Below, piece by piece: positions 52,829-62,362 of a stretch of DNA of 64,000 bases. Source of the DNA: a virus; IMG/VR virus record IMGVR_UViG_3300028786_000007, positions 1-64,000 of that record. One strand, given 5' to 3'. The notes below the pieces were generated by a model. The model saw nothing but the letters and a program-made list of their open reading frames with translations, was not told the origin of the DNA and did no database searches. A program made the translations under genes and the position numbers. Every line of letters starts with the position of its first letter. Within the stretch, counting starts at the first letter, position 1.

Positions 52829-54127
52829 TTATGGGCGCGCAGGCGCGGCCGGGATGTTGGGGACGAAGGTCGCGGCGGGCTGGCTGGGCGCAGGGAGAAG
52901 CATTTTGCCCAGCTCCGCGATATTGCCCGGCAGCACGACCAAATTCGACGGCAGGCCGTGAGCCTTCAGGCCATCACTTAGCCCCTCAAGTGCACGGATA
53001 GTGGCTAGCCGTTCCAGGGTCGCCATGACCGGCGCAATTTTATCCGCGGCGTAACGGTCATTTAGCGCTTTCTGTACAATCGGATCATATTCGAAGGTCG
53101 AACCCCACCCGATATAGTCGAGGGTGATGCCGAACTCCTTGATCAGGTACTCGCGCACCTCGTCCTCGGCTCCGATTATATCCTTGCCATCTGCGCCCTT
53201 GCCGCCGTTGATGATGATTTCCGCATCAGCGTTGATCTCATCCACGGTGCGCACCGAGAAATATTTGCAGAGCAGGCTTTGCAGCTTACCCTTGACCACC
53301 GTATCCATGGCCTCGGTGAGGTTCTTGCCCTGGAACACGGACTGCCACTTCACTTGCGGATCGTCACGGTTGCCCTGAATCGGGCGGATGCCGAACCGGT
53401 AAAGAAAGCGTGGCGCGTCTTTCTCAAACACAGACGCCGCAATGGAGATCTCCACCGTGATGTCATGGCCGCCCTTCGATTGGCATTGCAAGGATTCATT
53501 GCCATCGCCCGTGCCACCTTTGTTCCGCCATTCCCGAGCATAGGGCGCACGATCAACGATGATCAACCGTCCGGCCGGCACGAAAAAGTCGAAGGTGTAG
53601 GAGGAGCCGGCCAGCTTGGTGTGGGGGATGTCGAAGCGCTTGACAGCGATCTTGTTCTCCCGGTAGTAGGCTTCCGAGCCGAACTCCGTTTGCGACGTCT
53701 TGTTGTCGCCGACGTCCGGCAGGTAGAAGGCGCTCTCGTTGGGCGCGACCCAGTAAACCTCCGGATAATTGGTCTTGTCGTAGTAGGCGCTCGCCGGCTG
53801 GGCAGACGTTGCCAAGGTCAGGACCAGGGCCGCTGTGGTCAGCGCCGCGATCAAGGCTTTGCCGGGCTTCCACCAAATCCACACGACCAGCAGTAGGAAG
53901 ACCAGGAAGGGGATGCCCAGCTGCGGCGCGAGCTTCATGCCGTAGGTGGACGTGACGTAACTGACATCGTCGGCCGCGAGCTGGCCACCGGCCGCCTTAC
54001 CCGCGGCGAGCGTCGCCACTGGATTGAGCAGGTGATTGAGGAACGCATAAACGCAATACAGCACGAGGGTAGAAAGTGCGCGGAGGGCCAATGAGGAAGC
54101 CCGCAGCGCAGGAGGCTGCTCTGTCAT
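52829..54127 (-). CDS. SPFH / band-7-like membrane protein
   Basis: Three N-terminal TM segments, SPFH-like core (SK.G..I.V.I.I.A), FGITLDYIG..F.Y.P.VQ.A.N; ATG 54127 with RBS AAGGA. Confidence 0.7.
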   Translation of the reverse strand: MTEQPPALRASSLALRALSTLVLYCVYAFLNHLLNPVATLAAGKAAGGQLAADDVSYVTSTYGMKLAPQLGIPFLVFLLLVVWIWWKPGKALIAALTTAALVLTLATSAQPASAYYDKTNYPEVYWVAPNESAFYLPDVGDNKTSQTEFGSEAYYRENKIAVKRFDIPHTKLAGSSYTFDFFVPAGRLIIVDRAPYAREWRNKGGTGDGNESLQCQSKGGHDITVEISIAASVFEKDAPRFLYRFGIRPIQGNRDDPQVKWQSVFQGKNLTEAMDTVVKGKLQSLLCKYFSVRTVDEINADAEIIINGGKGADGKDIIGAEDEVREYLIKEFGITLDYIGWGSTFEYDPIVQKALNDRYAADKIAPVMATLERLATIRALEGLSDGLKAHGLPSNLVVLPGNIAELGKMLLPAPSQPAATFVPNIPAAPARP

Positions 54128-54161
54128 GAAAGATGTCCTTTTGGTTGGAATGCCAGGCCAT

Positions 54162-54235
54162 TGGAAGGGTGGATGGGAGTTGAACCCACTTATCCGGATT
54201 TGCAATCCGTCACATGACCGTTCTGCCACCACCCA
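54162..54235 (-). tRNA. tRNA-Cys (GCA)
   Basis: Minus strand TGGGTGG-TG-GCAGAACGGTCATGT, CGGA-TTGCAAA-TCCG, GTGGG-TTCAACT-CCCAT, U73-CCA. Confidence 0.9.
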
Positions 54236-54248
54236 TACAATTAAAATC

Positions 54249-54396
54249 CCCTAGCAGGTCAGGAGAAAATTGTCCCCCAACTCCTGAATTCAGAAGCGGT
54301 CTTACTACCTGAAGGCTCAGGATTTTACAGCCGTCGTAGTTTCAGGGCCATTGGCTTACGTGCCGCACGCGTGTACCTACCACGCCGCCGCTAGGG
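54249..54396 (-). ncRNA. Possible cloverleaf-like ncRNA upstream of tRNA-Cys
   Basis: CCCTAGCGG/CTGCTAGGG closing stem; GCGTG-GTAGGTA-CACGC and TCAGGAG/CTCCTGA arms. Confidence 0.4.
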
Positions 54397-54444
54397 TTTA
54401 CTCAGCGGCCGTTGATCACCGGCCGTGAGAAGCTCGTTAGGTGG

Positions 54445-54690
54445 TCAAGATACCTTGACCCACCGCATCGTGGTCTGCAGGAGTTGATCGTAGTCGCCGG
54501 CCATCGCTTCATTGCGATAGGCGTCGCGCTCCTCCGTGGGAATGCCAGCCCGGCGCATCGCCTTGGTGACGAGCGCCATAATATTGAAGGCGTTGCCATC
54601 CGCGCCGGTCAGCTGCACTTCAATGTCCGGGTATTTCGGACCCGTCGCTTCCGGTTCCACCGCCTCCGGCTGGGCTGTTTCTTCGCTCAT
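54445..54690 (-). CDS. Conserved small phage protein
   Basis: V.LTG.DGNAFNI...V.KAMRRAG...E...GDYD.LL; recognisable family of unknown function. Confidence 0.75.
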   Translation of the reverse strand: MSEETAQPEAVEPEATGPKYPDIEVQLTGADGNAFNIMALVTKAMRRAGIPTEERDAYRNEAMAGDYDQLLQTTMRWVKVS

Positions 54691-54955
54691 TTAGCATCCT
54701 TTCCAGGTTATCGGCCGCGGCCTTGCAGGTTTTATCAGGCACCGTCTCGTAAGGCGACGGGTCGTAATTGTCCGGGTCGAGCCGCGGGCAGGAAGAACCC
54801 ATGTCGTAGAAGCACTTCGGCTGGTCAGCATCAAGTTCGCACCGCGGGCATTGCCGCCCTTTCCTCCAGTCTTTGGGCAAGATGCGTACTTTGCGGGTGC
54901 GGAGGTGCTCGATCAGTTCGAGGATTTCTTCGTCGGTGGCGACCTCAATGGCCAT
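54620..54955 (-). CDS. Hypothetical protein with Cys cluster
   Basis: Packed ORF, CPRC..C..C. Confidence 0.5.
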   Translation of the reverse strand: MAIEVATDEEILELIEHLRTRKVRILPKDWRKGRQCPRCELDADQPKCFYDMGSSCPRLDPDNYDPSPYETVPDKTCKAAADNLERMLNERRNSPAGGGGTGSDGSEIPGH

Positions 54956-55219
54956 TTACTTGTCCTCGTTGTCCTCGATAATAGGCGGGTTGAACAGCAC
55001 GTGCGGGAACATCATTTTTATGCTGCGAACGTCTAAGTCTCGGGGCGACGCTGAACTTTCCACGCCTCCCAGGCAGATCACGCCTTCCGCGCGTAGGGCA
55101 GAATTACCTTGGGGGTATTGCTTCTCATAGAGGCGGGTGATCAGGAAAGCGGCGGTGGGCTTACGCTTCTTGTCCGTGCGGATTTGCCCGACAGCGAACT
55201 CGTCCTCCAGGGTCGTCAT
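54956..55219 (-). CDS. Hypothetical protein
   Basis: Packed, translationally coupled ORF. Confidence 0.55.
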   Translation of the reverse strand: MTTLEDEFAVGQIRTDKKRKPTAAFLITRLYEKQYPQGNSALRAEGVICLGGVESSASPRDLDVRSIKMMFPHVLFNPPIIEDNEDK

Positions 55220-55428
55220 GCATTAAGCCTCGCGCAAATGAAGCGAGCTGCTTCCTCGCCCACATCGATGCAGATGGGCCAATGCTTGTCTTTGGTGCCC
55301 GTCTTTTTACCCTTGCCATCAAAAACAGGGTCAGTGCGGATAAAATCCGTCCGGTCGTAAACCGAATAGCAGATATCACCATCTCTATCGAAAGTGTCCA
55401 CGTAGTAGCGGTCTTGCCCCTGGGCCAT
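55216..55428 (-). CDS. Hypothetical protein
   Basis: RBS GGAGGAG; ATGA overlap. Confidence 0.6.
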   Translation of the reverse strand: MAQGQDRYYVDTFDRDGDICYSVYDRTDFIRTDPVFDGKGKKTGTKDKHWPICIDVGEEAARFICARLNA

Positions 55429-55429
55429 C

Positions 55430-55648
55430 TCAATGCTCCTCCTCTACACGCTTCCGCCAATCCGGCCGTAACTCACTGCCATTGACGGTGATTGTATCCA
55501 ATATCGAGTTGGCATAAATGCGCAACTCCTTGCCCACTAAGGTCGGCGAGAGGCGCTTCAAAGCGCGCACAATGCGACTTTGATGGGAGCCCGGCTGGGC
55601 GAGCTCTTCCGCGAAAAACTGGCAAAATAACGCGCTTTGGTAGGACAT
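55430..55648 (-). CDS. Hypothetical protein
   Basis: Packed ORF. Confidence 0.55.
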   Translation of the reverse strand: MSYQSALFCQFFAEELAQPGSHQSRIVRALKRLSPTLVGKELRIYANSILDTITVNGSELRPDWRKRVEEEH

Positions 55649-55652
55649 CGTC

Positions 55653-56009
55653 TTAGGCCCCTGCGAGCTTCCTGAGCATAAAGGAAACGTAAGGTTTACC
55701 GGCGTGGTGCTCGTAAAACTTGGCCGGGTGGCCGAAGCAATCTTCGCGCCGGCCGACGGCGATGCGCGCCTCCGGGCCGCCTTCCGTATTGTGCGGAAGG
55801 ATGCAGGCGTTGGCCGCTACCGCTAAGGCACCCGCGCACATTGCGGTGCGCGGGTTCTCCGGACCGTGATCCTGGCGGTGGCAGGCGGGCACCTCGTTAT
55901 TCGCCACCGCGTCGGCATAGAGCTCCGGGGTATGCCCACCCAGCCAGCCTGCGGGTGCACTGAGCCGCCAGGGGCACTCGCTACAAGGGGCGATGTGGCG
56001 TAGCATCAT
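55653..56009 (-). CDS. Cys/His metal-binding phage protein
   Basis: PCSECPWR..GWLG..CH..CAGA. Confidence 0.65.
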   Translation of the reverse strand: MMLRHIAPCSECPWRLSAPAGWLGGHTPELYADAVANNEVPACHRQDHGPENPRTAMCAGALAVAANACILPHNTEGGPEARIAVGRREDCFGHPAKFYEHHAGKPYVSFMLRKLAGA

Positions 56010-56248
56010 TTTAGTCCCAGCCATACACGATTGGCATCTGCCCAGTCATAAACGCGGTTAAGTCCGTCGTTGAAGACCAGCAGTGCAGTTTCAGGATCAG
56101 CGTCGGCCATATCACGGGCCTTCGCTAGCTGCTTCGTCGGAGCATCAGGAAGCCGCTCGATGATCCCATCGGCGGCGGCTTTGATGGCTTCCGGCGTCTC
56201 CTCTGCGGAGAGGAGATCCTTGATATTTACGGTGCGGTTCCAGCTCAT
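56006..56248 (-). CDS. Hypothetical protein
   Basis: ATGA-coupled; YDWADANRVW. Confidence 0.6.
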   Translation of the reverse strand: MSWNRTVNIKDLLSAEETPEAIKAAADGIIERLPDAPTKQLAKARDMADADPETALLVFNDGLNRVYDWADANRVWLGLK

Positions 56249-56616
56249 TCGGCAATACCTTCCCAGAGCAGCTTGAGGTGATTCCACCGCTGGCTGAGGA
56301 ACTTACGGACATTATCTTCGTCCTCATCCTTGATGCTAATTTCGCACCAACGGTAATCTCCCTTACGCTGCATCATAAAGAAGATGTACAGCGTATCGCG
56401 CCGCGGCCACCGGTCCTCTTCGTCTTCTGCGGGGTCGGCCTTTTTCCAGTCCCAACGGAAGACGAGGTTCATGTCCAGGTCTGAATCGCCCCATGCAGCA
56501 TAGAAGTCTTCCCAACTATCATAAGGGAAGCAAACTTCGTGATTCCTGTTACCAGCGCAACGATAGTTAGTTTCGCTGCAATAGTAGGGGTGCTTGATTT
56601 CCCAAAGATGCGTCAT
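56245..56616 (-). CDS. Conserved phage hypothetical protein
   Basis: HLWE..HPYYC..SW.DF..D.DMN.VFRWDW..QRKG. Confidence 0.7.
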   Translation of the reverse strand: MTHLWEIKHPYYCSETNYRCAGNRNHEVCFPYDSWEDFYAAWGDSDLDMNLVFRWDWKKADPAEDEEDRWPRRDTLYIFFMMQRKGDYRWCEISIKDEDEDNVRKFLSQRWNHLKLLWEGIAE

Positions 56617-56804
56617 TCGAAAATCTCCCGGAGCATCACGGCCCGCAAAATACGGCGCACGTAACGGTGCTCCTTCTTGATGTCGCGCGCCCGCGCGCGG
56701 ATGGAGCGGCGGTTGCGGTACACGTCATTGGGCCACGTATCGTGGCCGGGGCAGCACTGGTCGAGGGCGCGAGGCCCTTTGAGGTCTTCGATCTCACGGC
56801 GCAT
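56613..56804 (-). CDS. Small basic hypothetical protein
   Basis: CCPGHD..P...Y.NRRS; coupled ORF. Confidence 0.6.
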   Translation of the reverse strand: MRREIEDLKGPRALDQCCPGHDTWPNDVYRNRRSIRARARDIKKEHRYVRRILRAVMLREIFE

Positions 56805-56994
56805 GTTGCACCTCTATGCCATACTTTTTGAGCGGGTCGCTTAGCTCCGGAAAGTCTACGATAATCGTATCGACGAAGCAGTTGCTCACCTTAGTGCACA
56901 AATGTTGCCTAAAACTCTCTGCCACAGCAGCGAGGTCTGGCTGAGCCGCGCCAAAGTCGGCGCGGACAATCACTTTGAGTGTAAATTCTTGCAT
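56794..56994 (-). CDS. Hypothetical protein
   Basis: RBS GGGAGG. Confidence 0.55.
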   Translation of the reverse strand: MQEFTLKVIVRADFGAAQPDLAAVAESFRQHLCTKVSNCFVDTIIVDFPELSDPLKKYGIEVQHAP

Positions 56995-57081
56995 CGCATC
57001 CTCCCTAAAGAGACGTCGGGAACCACCCCGGCGTCCGTCAAGAGAGGAGGAGCCGCGCGAACGACTCCTCCAATTTGCCCG

Positions 57082-58251
57082 TTAGTCCTTCTTGGGTCCG
57101 CTACCGAAGATCACCACATTTTGCTGACCGCCCAACGGGACAGCAGAAAGCTGCGGCTTGACTTGCGGCTTTTCCGTGACCGCGACGAGCTTGGCCTTTT
57201 TGGCGAAGCGGCCGTGGCTATCACGCATCTTACGCTTCGTTGCAACAACCGGCTCTGCCTTCTTGGCTTTCGCCACCGGCAGCGGGATCGGCGTTGCGAC
57301 CGGGGCGATAACAACCGGCTCAGTCACGGCCGGAGCCGTATAGCCGATCACGTCTTCCGGCTCGTCCACAAACAGGTCAGCGGCCTCAATCAGCATTGCC
57401 TGATAGTGGTAGAAGGGCACCAGCTCAGCGGCCCGGTCGTATTCGGTGCGGGCAGCGCTAATTTGCGCCTGGGCGTCCGAAATCAGGGCCAGGAGCGGAG
57501 AAAGGTCGACCGGCTGGCTAGCCGGGGCTTCAGTGACGACCACCTCCGGAGCGGCTTCCTTGCGGCCGCTAGGCCGGAAAGCGCAGTAGAAGAAGAAAGT
57601 CTGCGCCAGCTCAAGGGCCAGGGCCCAGAGCAGCGGGGTCAGCTTACCGACCAGAACGGCCGGCAGTTGAATGGCGAAACCAATCGCCTCCGCCTGGGCG
57701 TCCGCGCTACCCGGCCGGCCCTGATTGAGGGTGTACTGGGCGGTGGAGATATTGGACTTCGTCACCGCGACCTGTCCGCAGAACTCTTTAGACTTCGCTG
57801 CGGTAGCGTTGGAGCAGCCGGCAGTGGCTTCCCACCGCTTATTCTGCTTGAGTGCTTCCAGTTCGGCCTCAGCGCCTTTCAGTTGACGGTCGGCCCGCTT
57901 GTAAGCTTCAATTTTCAGGTCTGCACCCTCAACCTTCTCGGTGCGGTGGGTGGCCGTGTAGCCGACCGCATTCCACAGCACGAAAACGGTGCAGAGCAAC
58001 CAACCCAGGCGAACCACCCAGGCCGCTGCGCGCTCACCCTCTTGCTTCAAGTGAGCAGCGTAGGGCATAAGAAACCAGGAGCCGAAGGCCACTGCCGCGC
58101 CGGCCGAACCCAGAAGGTAGCCGTCAAGTCCCGGAGCGCTCATCAGTCCGTTGCGAAAGGCGCTGAGGCCGCAATAGCCGCCCACCACCGTACCAGCCAC
58201 GAGCATGCACGCCCGTACGACTGGCATATTATTCGATGCCATCATGTTCAT
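57082..58251 (-). CDS. Multi-pass membrane protein with coiled coil and basic tail
   Basis: Several hydrophobic helices; ATG 58251 with RBS GGGGAG; first gene after promoter copy 3. Confidence 0.7.
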   Translation of the reverse strand: MNMMASNNMPVVRACMLVAGTVVGGYCGLSAFRNGLMSAPGLDGYLLGSAGAAVAFGSWFLMPYAAHLKQEGERAAAWVVRLGWLLCTVFVLWNAVGYTATHRTEKVEGADLKIEAYKRADRQLKGAEAELEALKQNKRWEATAGCSNATAAKSKEFCGQVAVTKSNISTAQYTLNQGRPGSADAQAEAIGFAIQLPAVLVGKLTPLLWALALELAQTFFFYCAFRPSGRKEAAPEVVVTEAPASQPVDLSPLLALISDAQAQISAARTEYDRAAELVPFYHYQAMLIEAADLFVDEPEDVIGYTAPAVTEPVVIAPVATPIPLPVAKAKKAEPVVATKRKMRDSHGRFAKKAKLVAVTEKPQVKPQLSAVPLGGQQNVVIFGSGPKKD

Positions 58252-58470
58252 GTCTCCCCGTGGCTTATTAGCCGAATGGATGTGAAGAATAAGTCTGCTA
58301 ATCTCCATTGCTGGAGGAGGCGGCCGTTTCGTCCCGGTCGCCCGCCGTAGCAATGCTAGAAGTAGAACCGCTGAGACCGCCTTTTGTAGAGCCCCCGTAA
58401 CCGGGGAGAGGCACTAGTCGGGCGCTTCATTATGGTGACGGTGGAAGCGCTTCACCCGTTCAGTACAACC

Positions 58471-58499
58471 AATATACTTCTGCCGGCAGCAGAAGTAAA
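58471..58499 (-). promoter_or_regulatory. Sigma70-type promoter with perfect palindromic operator (copy 3)
   Basis: Minus strand TTTACT-17nt-TATATT; TACTTCTGC-N5-GCAGAAGTA inverted repeat. Confidence 0.8.
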
Positions 58500-58605
58500 G
58501 TACCTTGTGTAACAATTCTGCAACATTTGTGCAGAAAGTTTGAAGAGGAGAGCGCATTGCATTGAAGAAGAGGCATGATCTTGGCTGAAACAGGAGGATG
58601 CGGAT

Positions 58606-58938
58606 GTGTCTAAGGCAAAAGTCATTCAGTTACAGGATAGTAAAAAACTCACAGATGTTCAGAAACGCAGCGCAAATAGTGCGCTAGCGGAAGGCGTCGA
58701 TGCAGATGATGAGGCGAAATACTTAGAAGACTTGCGCGGAGTTGTGTGGAAGGAAGCGGGCACCGGCAGCGGCAGTTGGAAAAGCCTCGCTGAAAAGGCC
58801 GGCCTCGCGGATATGACCGTGCGCCGGTTCGCCACCGGTGAGACGAAGCGCCCAACCCTATTCACCATCCGCCGTATGCTGGCGGCGCTCAACTACCGGC
58901 TAACCTGGCAGAAGATCCCAAGGCAGAGGAAAAAATGA
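58606..58938 (+). CDS. XRE-family HTH transcriptional regulator
   Basis: WKSLAEKAGLADMTVRRFATGETKRPTLFTIRRMLAAL; RBS AGGAGG. Confidence 0.85.
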   Translation: MSKAKVIQLQDSKKLTDVQKRSANSALAEGVDADDEAKYLEDLRGVVWKEAGTGSGSWKSLAEKAGLADMTVRRFATGETKRPTLFTIRRMLAALNYRLTWQKIPRQRKK

Positions 58939-59951
58939 GCACTCATTCCGTCAATATTGTGGAAATCCCAGAGGTTCTCCCGCACGACAACGCTGACCGG
59001 CTCGGCATTGTGCATATCAACGGGTGGAGCTGCGTGGTCGCCAAGGACCAGTTCAAGACCGGCGACAAGGCGGTTTACGTGGAGCCGGACTACGTTGTGA
59101 GCACCTCCCATCCGGCCTTCGCCTTCCTGGCTAAGGGCAAGGAAGGTAAGCTCGACCACCGCATGAAGGCGATCCGGCTCCGTGGCCAGCTTAGCTTTGG
59201 GCTGCTGATCCCGGTCCCGGAAGACCTTCAGGACTTACCGGTCGGCTCCGACGTCATGGAGCCCCTGGGCATTCGTCGTTACGAGCCGCCAATCCGGTTC
59301 ATGAAGGCCGGCGCGGACGATTCGCTGCCTCAGGCAGAGTGGCCGCAGCTCTACATGCCGAAGTTCGACCTGGAAGACCTGCGCAAGTTCGAGAACCTGA
59401 TGTTTGCGCCGGGCGACCGCGTCTTCGTGACGGAGAAGCTGCATGGCGGCAACGCCCGCGTGGTCTGGCACAACAACCAGCTTTACATTGGTTCGCGGAA
59501 CCGGTGGTTGAAGCCGGACAGCCGCAGCGCATGGACGCATTCGCTGCTGAACGATGAGCAGTTTGCGCCCGGCATCCTGGAGTTCTGCAAGAAGCACCCG
59601 GACGTGACGTTCTATGGGGAGGTGTACGGCCCAGTGCAGGAGCTGCGCTACGGCTTGACCAACCCACGCTTCGCCTGCTTCGCCGCCCTGGAAAAGGACC
59701 AGTGGTGGGACATGGAGAAGCTCTATAATAAGCTGACTGAGCATAATATCCACCGCGCGCCGCTGCTCTATGTCGGCCCCTTTGATCGGGAGCTGATCGC
59801 GGCGCTAGGGGAAACGGACAGCGAGATCGAAAGCGCCGGGAAGGGCCATATGAAGGAAGGCGTCGTGATCGTCGCGGAGCCGGCCCGCATGCACCCCAAC
59901 CTAGGCCGGGTGGCGCTGAAGCTGATCTCCAACCGCTATTGGCTGAGTTAA
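58935..59951 (+). CDS. ATP-dependent RNA ligase (DRB0094 / Rnl2-like family)
   Basis: N-terminal H.NADRL OB module; motif I TEKLHG, YGEVYG, EGVVI, LKLIS. Confidence 0.9.
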   Translation: MSTHSVNIVEIPEVLPHDNADRLGIVHINGWSCVVAKDQFKTGDKAVYVEPDYVVSTSHPAFAFLAKGKEGKLDHRMKAIRLRGQLSFGLLIPVPEDLQDLPVGSDVMEPLGIRRYEPPIRFMKAGADDSLPQAEWPQLYMPKFDLEDLRKFENLMFAPGDRVFVTEKLHGGNARVVWHNNQLYIGSRNRWLKPDSRSAWTHSLLNDEQFAPGILEFCKKHPDVTFYGEVYGPVQELRYGLTNPRFACFAALEKDQWWDMEKLYNKLTEHNIHRAPLLYVGPFDRELIAALGETDSEIESAGKGHMKEGVVIVAEPARMHPNLGRVALKLISNRYWLS

Positions 59952-60598
59952 TGGATATACCCAAGCGAGTCGTAAGCGTGGACGCCGCGATCTTCAATGG
60001 TCGCGGCGACCTGCTGCTCATCGAACGTGAGGACGGTCGCGGCTGGGCCCTGCCTGGCGGCGTGGTGGAAGAAAACGAGACCGTAGAAGACGCCGTGGTC
60101 CGCGAAGTGCAGGAAGAGACCAACGCCATTTGGCCAGAGGGCTTTGAGCTGCGTATGTTCCGGGTGTTTTCGGAGCCCGGCCGCGACCCGCGCGGGCCGA
60201 CCATCTCGGTGGCCTTCTATGGCGTGGTACCCGACCGCGTCCACGTGCGCGGCGGCGATGATGCTAGGCGGGCGGAATGGGTGCGCGATTGGGAAGTCCG
60301 GACCCTCGCCTTCGACCACAAGGATATTGCCCAGCGGGCCTGGGCCGTGACCGGGATTAGCCGCGGCCTCGCACCCTCCGAAGAGCCGTTTCCGGAGCCC
60401 TTGCCGGCTATCAGCTTTAAGCAACGTCGCTACCTAGAGGATCTCTATGGGGGCATCGGATGGGGCCGACCGGCCAACAACCCGACATTTCTAGCCCTGC
60501 AGAATAAGGGCTTGGTCATTCTTGAGCCTGGGGATGAAAAACCATACTCCAAGTGTTGGAAAATAACGACGCTCGGCCGGGCTGTAATCAGCACGTAA
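59951..60598 (+). CDS. Nudix hydrolase (ADP-ribose pyrophosphatase-like)
   Basis: WALPGG.VEENET..AVVREVQEET, RDPRG, GDDA, LAFDH. Confidence 0.88.
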   Translation: MDIPKRVVSVDAAIFNGRGDLLLIEREDGRGWALPGGVVEENETVEDAVVREVQEETNAIWPEGFELRMFRVFSEPGRDPRGPTISVAFYGVVPDRVHVRGGDDARRAEWVRDWEVRTLAFDHKDIAQRAWAVTGISRGLAPSEEPFPEPLPAISFKQRRYLEDLYGGIGWGRPANNPTFLALQNKGLVILEPGDEKPYSKCWKITTLGRAVIST

Positions 60599-60666
60599 AA
60601 TCTGTGCTTTAACTTTGCACGCAGTCACGTTATTTTAGGGGTAATCCCTAATAAAGGGCTGCGTAA

Positions 60667-60993
60667 GTGGAATGTAACTTCTCTGTAAACTTGGGTGCTG
60701 GATTTTTCTGGTGCCTGACCCTCCTTGTGAGCGGGCTGGCGAGCTTCCTCTCCTGGCATGCCCGTCGAATCCTCGATAACTGGCTTACCGAGCGAGCCTT
60801 AAAAAAGGGGCAACTTTCCCTGCTTGGTCGGTATATCCCCCTACCTGAACGGCCGGCCAGGGAACGTCCCCAGCCCAAGGTGGAGGCCGTGCAAGCCATG
60901 CGCCTTAAGCCTCCGGAGCCGGAGCGTATCGCCCGCACCCGGCCCGGATGGCGTGCTCTAGACAATTACCCTTATTCTGTGGCGGCTGAATAG
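60667..60993 (+). CDS. Hypothetical protein with one TM helix
   Basis: Hydrophobic N-terminus; fills the gap. Confidence 0.45.
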   Translation: MECNFSVNLGAGFFWCLTLLVSGLASFLSWHARRILDNWLTERALKKGQLSLLGRYIPLPERPARERPQPKVEAVQAMRLKPPEPERIARTRPGWRALDNYPYSVAAE

Positions 60994-61068
60994 GGAATTG
61001 CACACGTCCCAGTAAAGCGCGCAGCGTATATTGCCTTGCGCGCATTTCTCTGTTCGATGAGGGTCAAT

Positions 61069-61182
61069 ATGACTGGCAAGGCATGCCCGCCCGGTATGGG
61101 CGGCAAAAAGATGGGCAGTGGTGGCGGTAAGGCCGGAGCGCCGAAACCCCCCAAGGTTCCCAGCGGTAAGAAGGGCTATTAG
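61069..61182 (+). CDS. 37-aa Gly/Lys/Pro-rich peptide (not in the ORF track)
   Basis: MTGKACPPGMGGKKMGSGGGKAGAPKPPKVPSGKKGY; RBS GAGGG. Confidence 0.5.
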   Translation: MTGKACPPGMGGKKMGSGGGKAGAPKPPKVPSGKKGY

Positions 61183-61184
61183 CC

Positions 61185-61544
61185 ATGGCAGCTGTTCGGG
61201 TATTCGCCCTCCCTGGGCTCAACTCCTTAGCTATCGCTCCGGGTGGGACGAATCGCCCGAACAGCGATTCGGTTTATGTTCTCAGTCATCCGCCGCGCGG
61301 TCGTGCTAAGTTGACTGTCAACACGGCGACGCCTGTCGCCACCGATGCTGACTTCGCTCCGGCTAAGACTGAAATGATCTTAGTGCAAGTCGATCCTGGT
61401 ATTCGCGTACATATCGAATACACCCCCAGAAATATACCTGACATTGTCGATGCTACGGACGAATCAATCATCATTAGCGGCGACACGCAACTTCGTTTCG
61501 CCGAAGGTGATCGAGTCTCCTTTCTCCAAGTTACTGAGTCATAG
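61185..61544 (+). CDS. Hypothetical beta-rich protein
   Basis: Packed ORF with RBS AAGGG. Confidence 0.6.
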   Translation: MAAVRVFALPGLNSLAIAPGGTNRPNSDSVYVLSHPPRGRAKLTVNTATPVATDADFAPAKTEMILVQVDPGIRVHIEYTPRNIPDIVDATDESIIISGDTQLRFAEGDRVSFLQVTES

Positions 61545-61621
61545 TCGTTATTTGACTTGAAGCAGAACTAGAGACGTCCCATACTCTGCGTGATAACCCT
61601 CTGTTACCACGCAGATTTCCT

Positions 61622-62362
61622 ATGTCCGACGAAGAAAATACTGGTTCCGGCTGGACCACGCCTCCCAAAGGCAAAGCCAAAAAGCCCAAAACCACCAAGG
61701 CTAATGCACGCCGCCGCGGCAATAAACATACCGTGCAGCGACGCATCACTGCTGAGAAGGTCAATGGGGAACTTGCGGACGGCTTGCATCCCCATGATGC
61801 GCCGCGCGAAGACATTCCATTGATGAATGCCTTCGATCTTGTGCCGCCCGGAGAAATGATTCCGGAGCTCACTCCGGACGAAAAGCGCGGAGCCGGCGGA
61901 ACCTACCGCGAAGAGTTCGCCCGCATCGCCCGCACGATCTGCGAGCTCGGCGGCACGGACATCGAGGTAGCCACCGCCCTGGGCGTATCGCTCTCCACCA
62001 TGTGGGGCTGGCAAGCGCGTTATGAGGATTTCTTCCGCGCTATGATCGTGGGTAAGGACTTACCCGACGAACGGGTGATCCGAGCCCTCTACCAACGTGC
62101 CGTCGGCTACACCTATCCAGAGTTTGACTTGCGCGTCATTAACCACCAGCTGGTCGTGACGCCCACGCTGAAACACATTCCCCCGGACGTGGGGGCGTGT
62201 AATGCGTGGTTGCGGTCCCGGCGTAAGAGCGAGTGGAACCCGGCCGTCAATATGGAGCTCACTGGCACCGACGCCTTCCGCAATATGTGGGCCATGGTGG
62301 CGCAGGGGCAACTCGCGCCGATGATCGAAGGCACGGCCGTGGAGGTGGAAGATGGCCAGTGA
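61622..62362 (+). CDS. terS: Terminase small subunit
   Basis: Y.EEF...A...C.LG.TD.EVA.ALGVS..T...W HTH; V..ALY.RAVGY; PPDV.A...WL..R; upstream of TerL. Confidence 0.8.
   Translation: MSDEENTGSGWTTPPKGKAKKPKTTKANARRRGNKHTVQRRITAEKVNGELADGLHPHDAPREDIPLMNAFDLVPPGEMIPELTPDEKRGAGGTYREEFARIARTICELGGTDIEVATALGVSLSTMWGWQARYEDFFRAMIVGKDLPDERVIRALYQRAVGYTYPEFDLRVINHQLVVTPTLKHIPPDVGACNAWLRSRRKSEWNPAVNMELTGTDAFRNMWAMVAQGQLAPMIEGTAVEVEDGQ

Noticed and set aside
54128-54232. N-terminal extension of the SPFH ORF to 54232
   Set aside because: It runs through tRNA-Cys; ATG 54127 has its own RBS.
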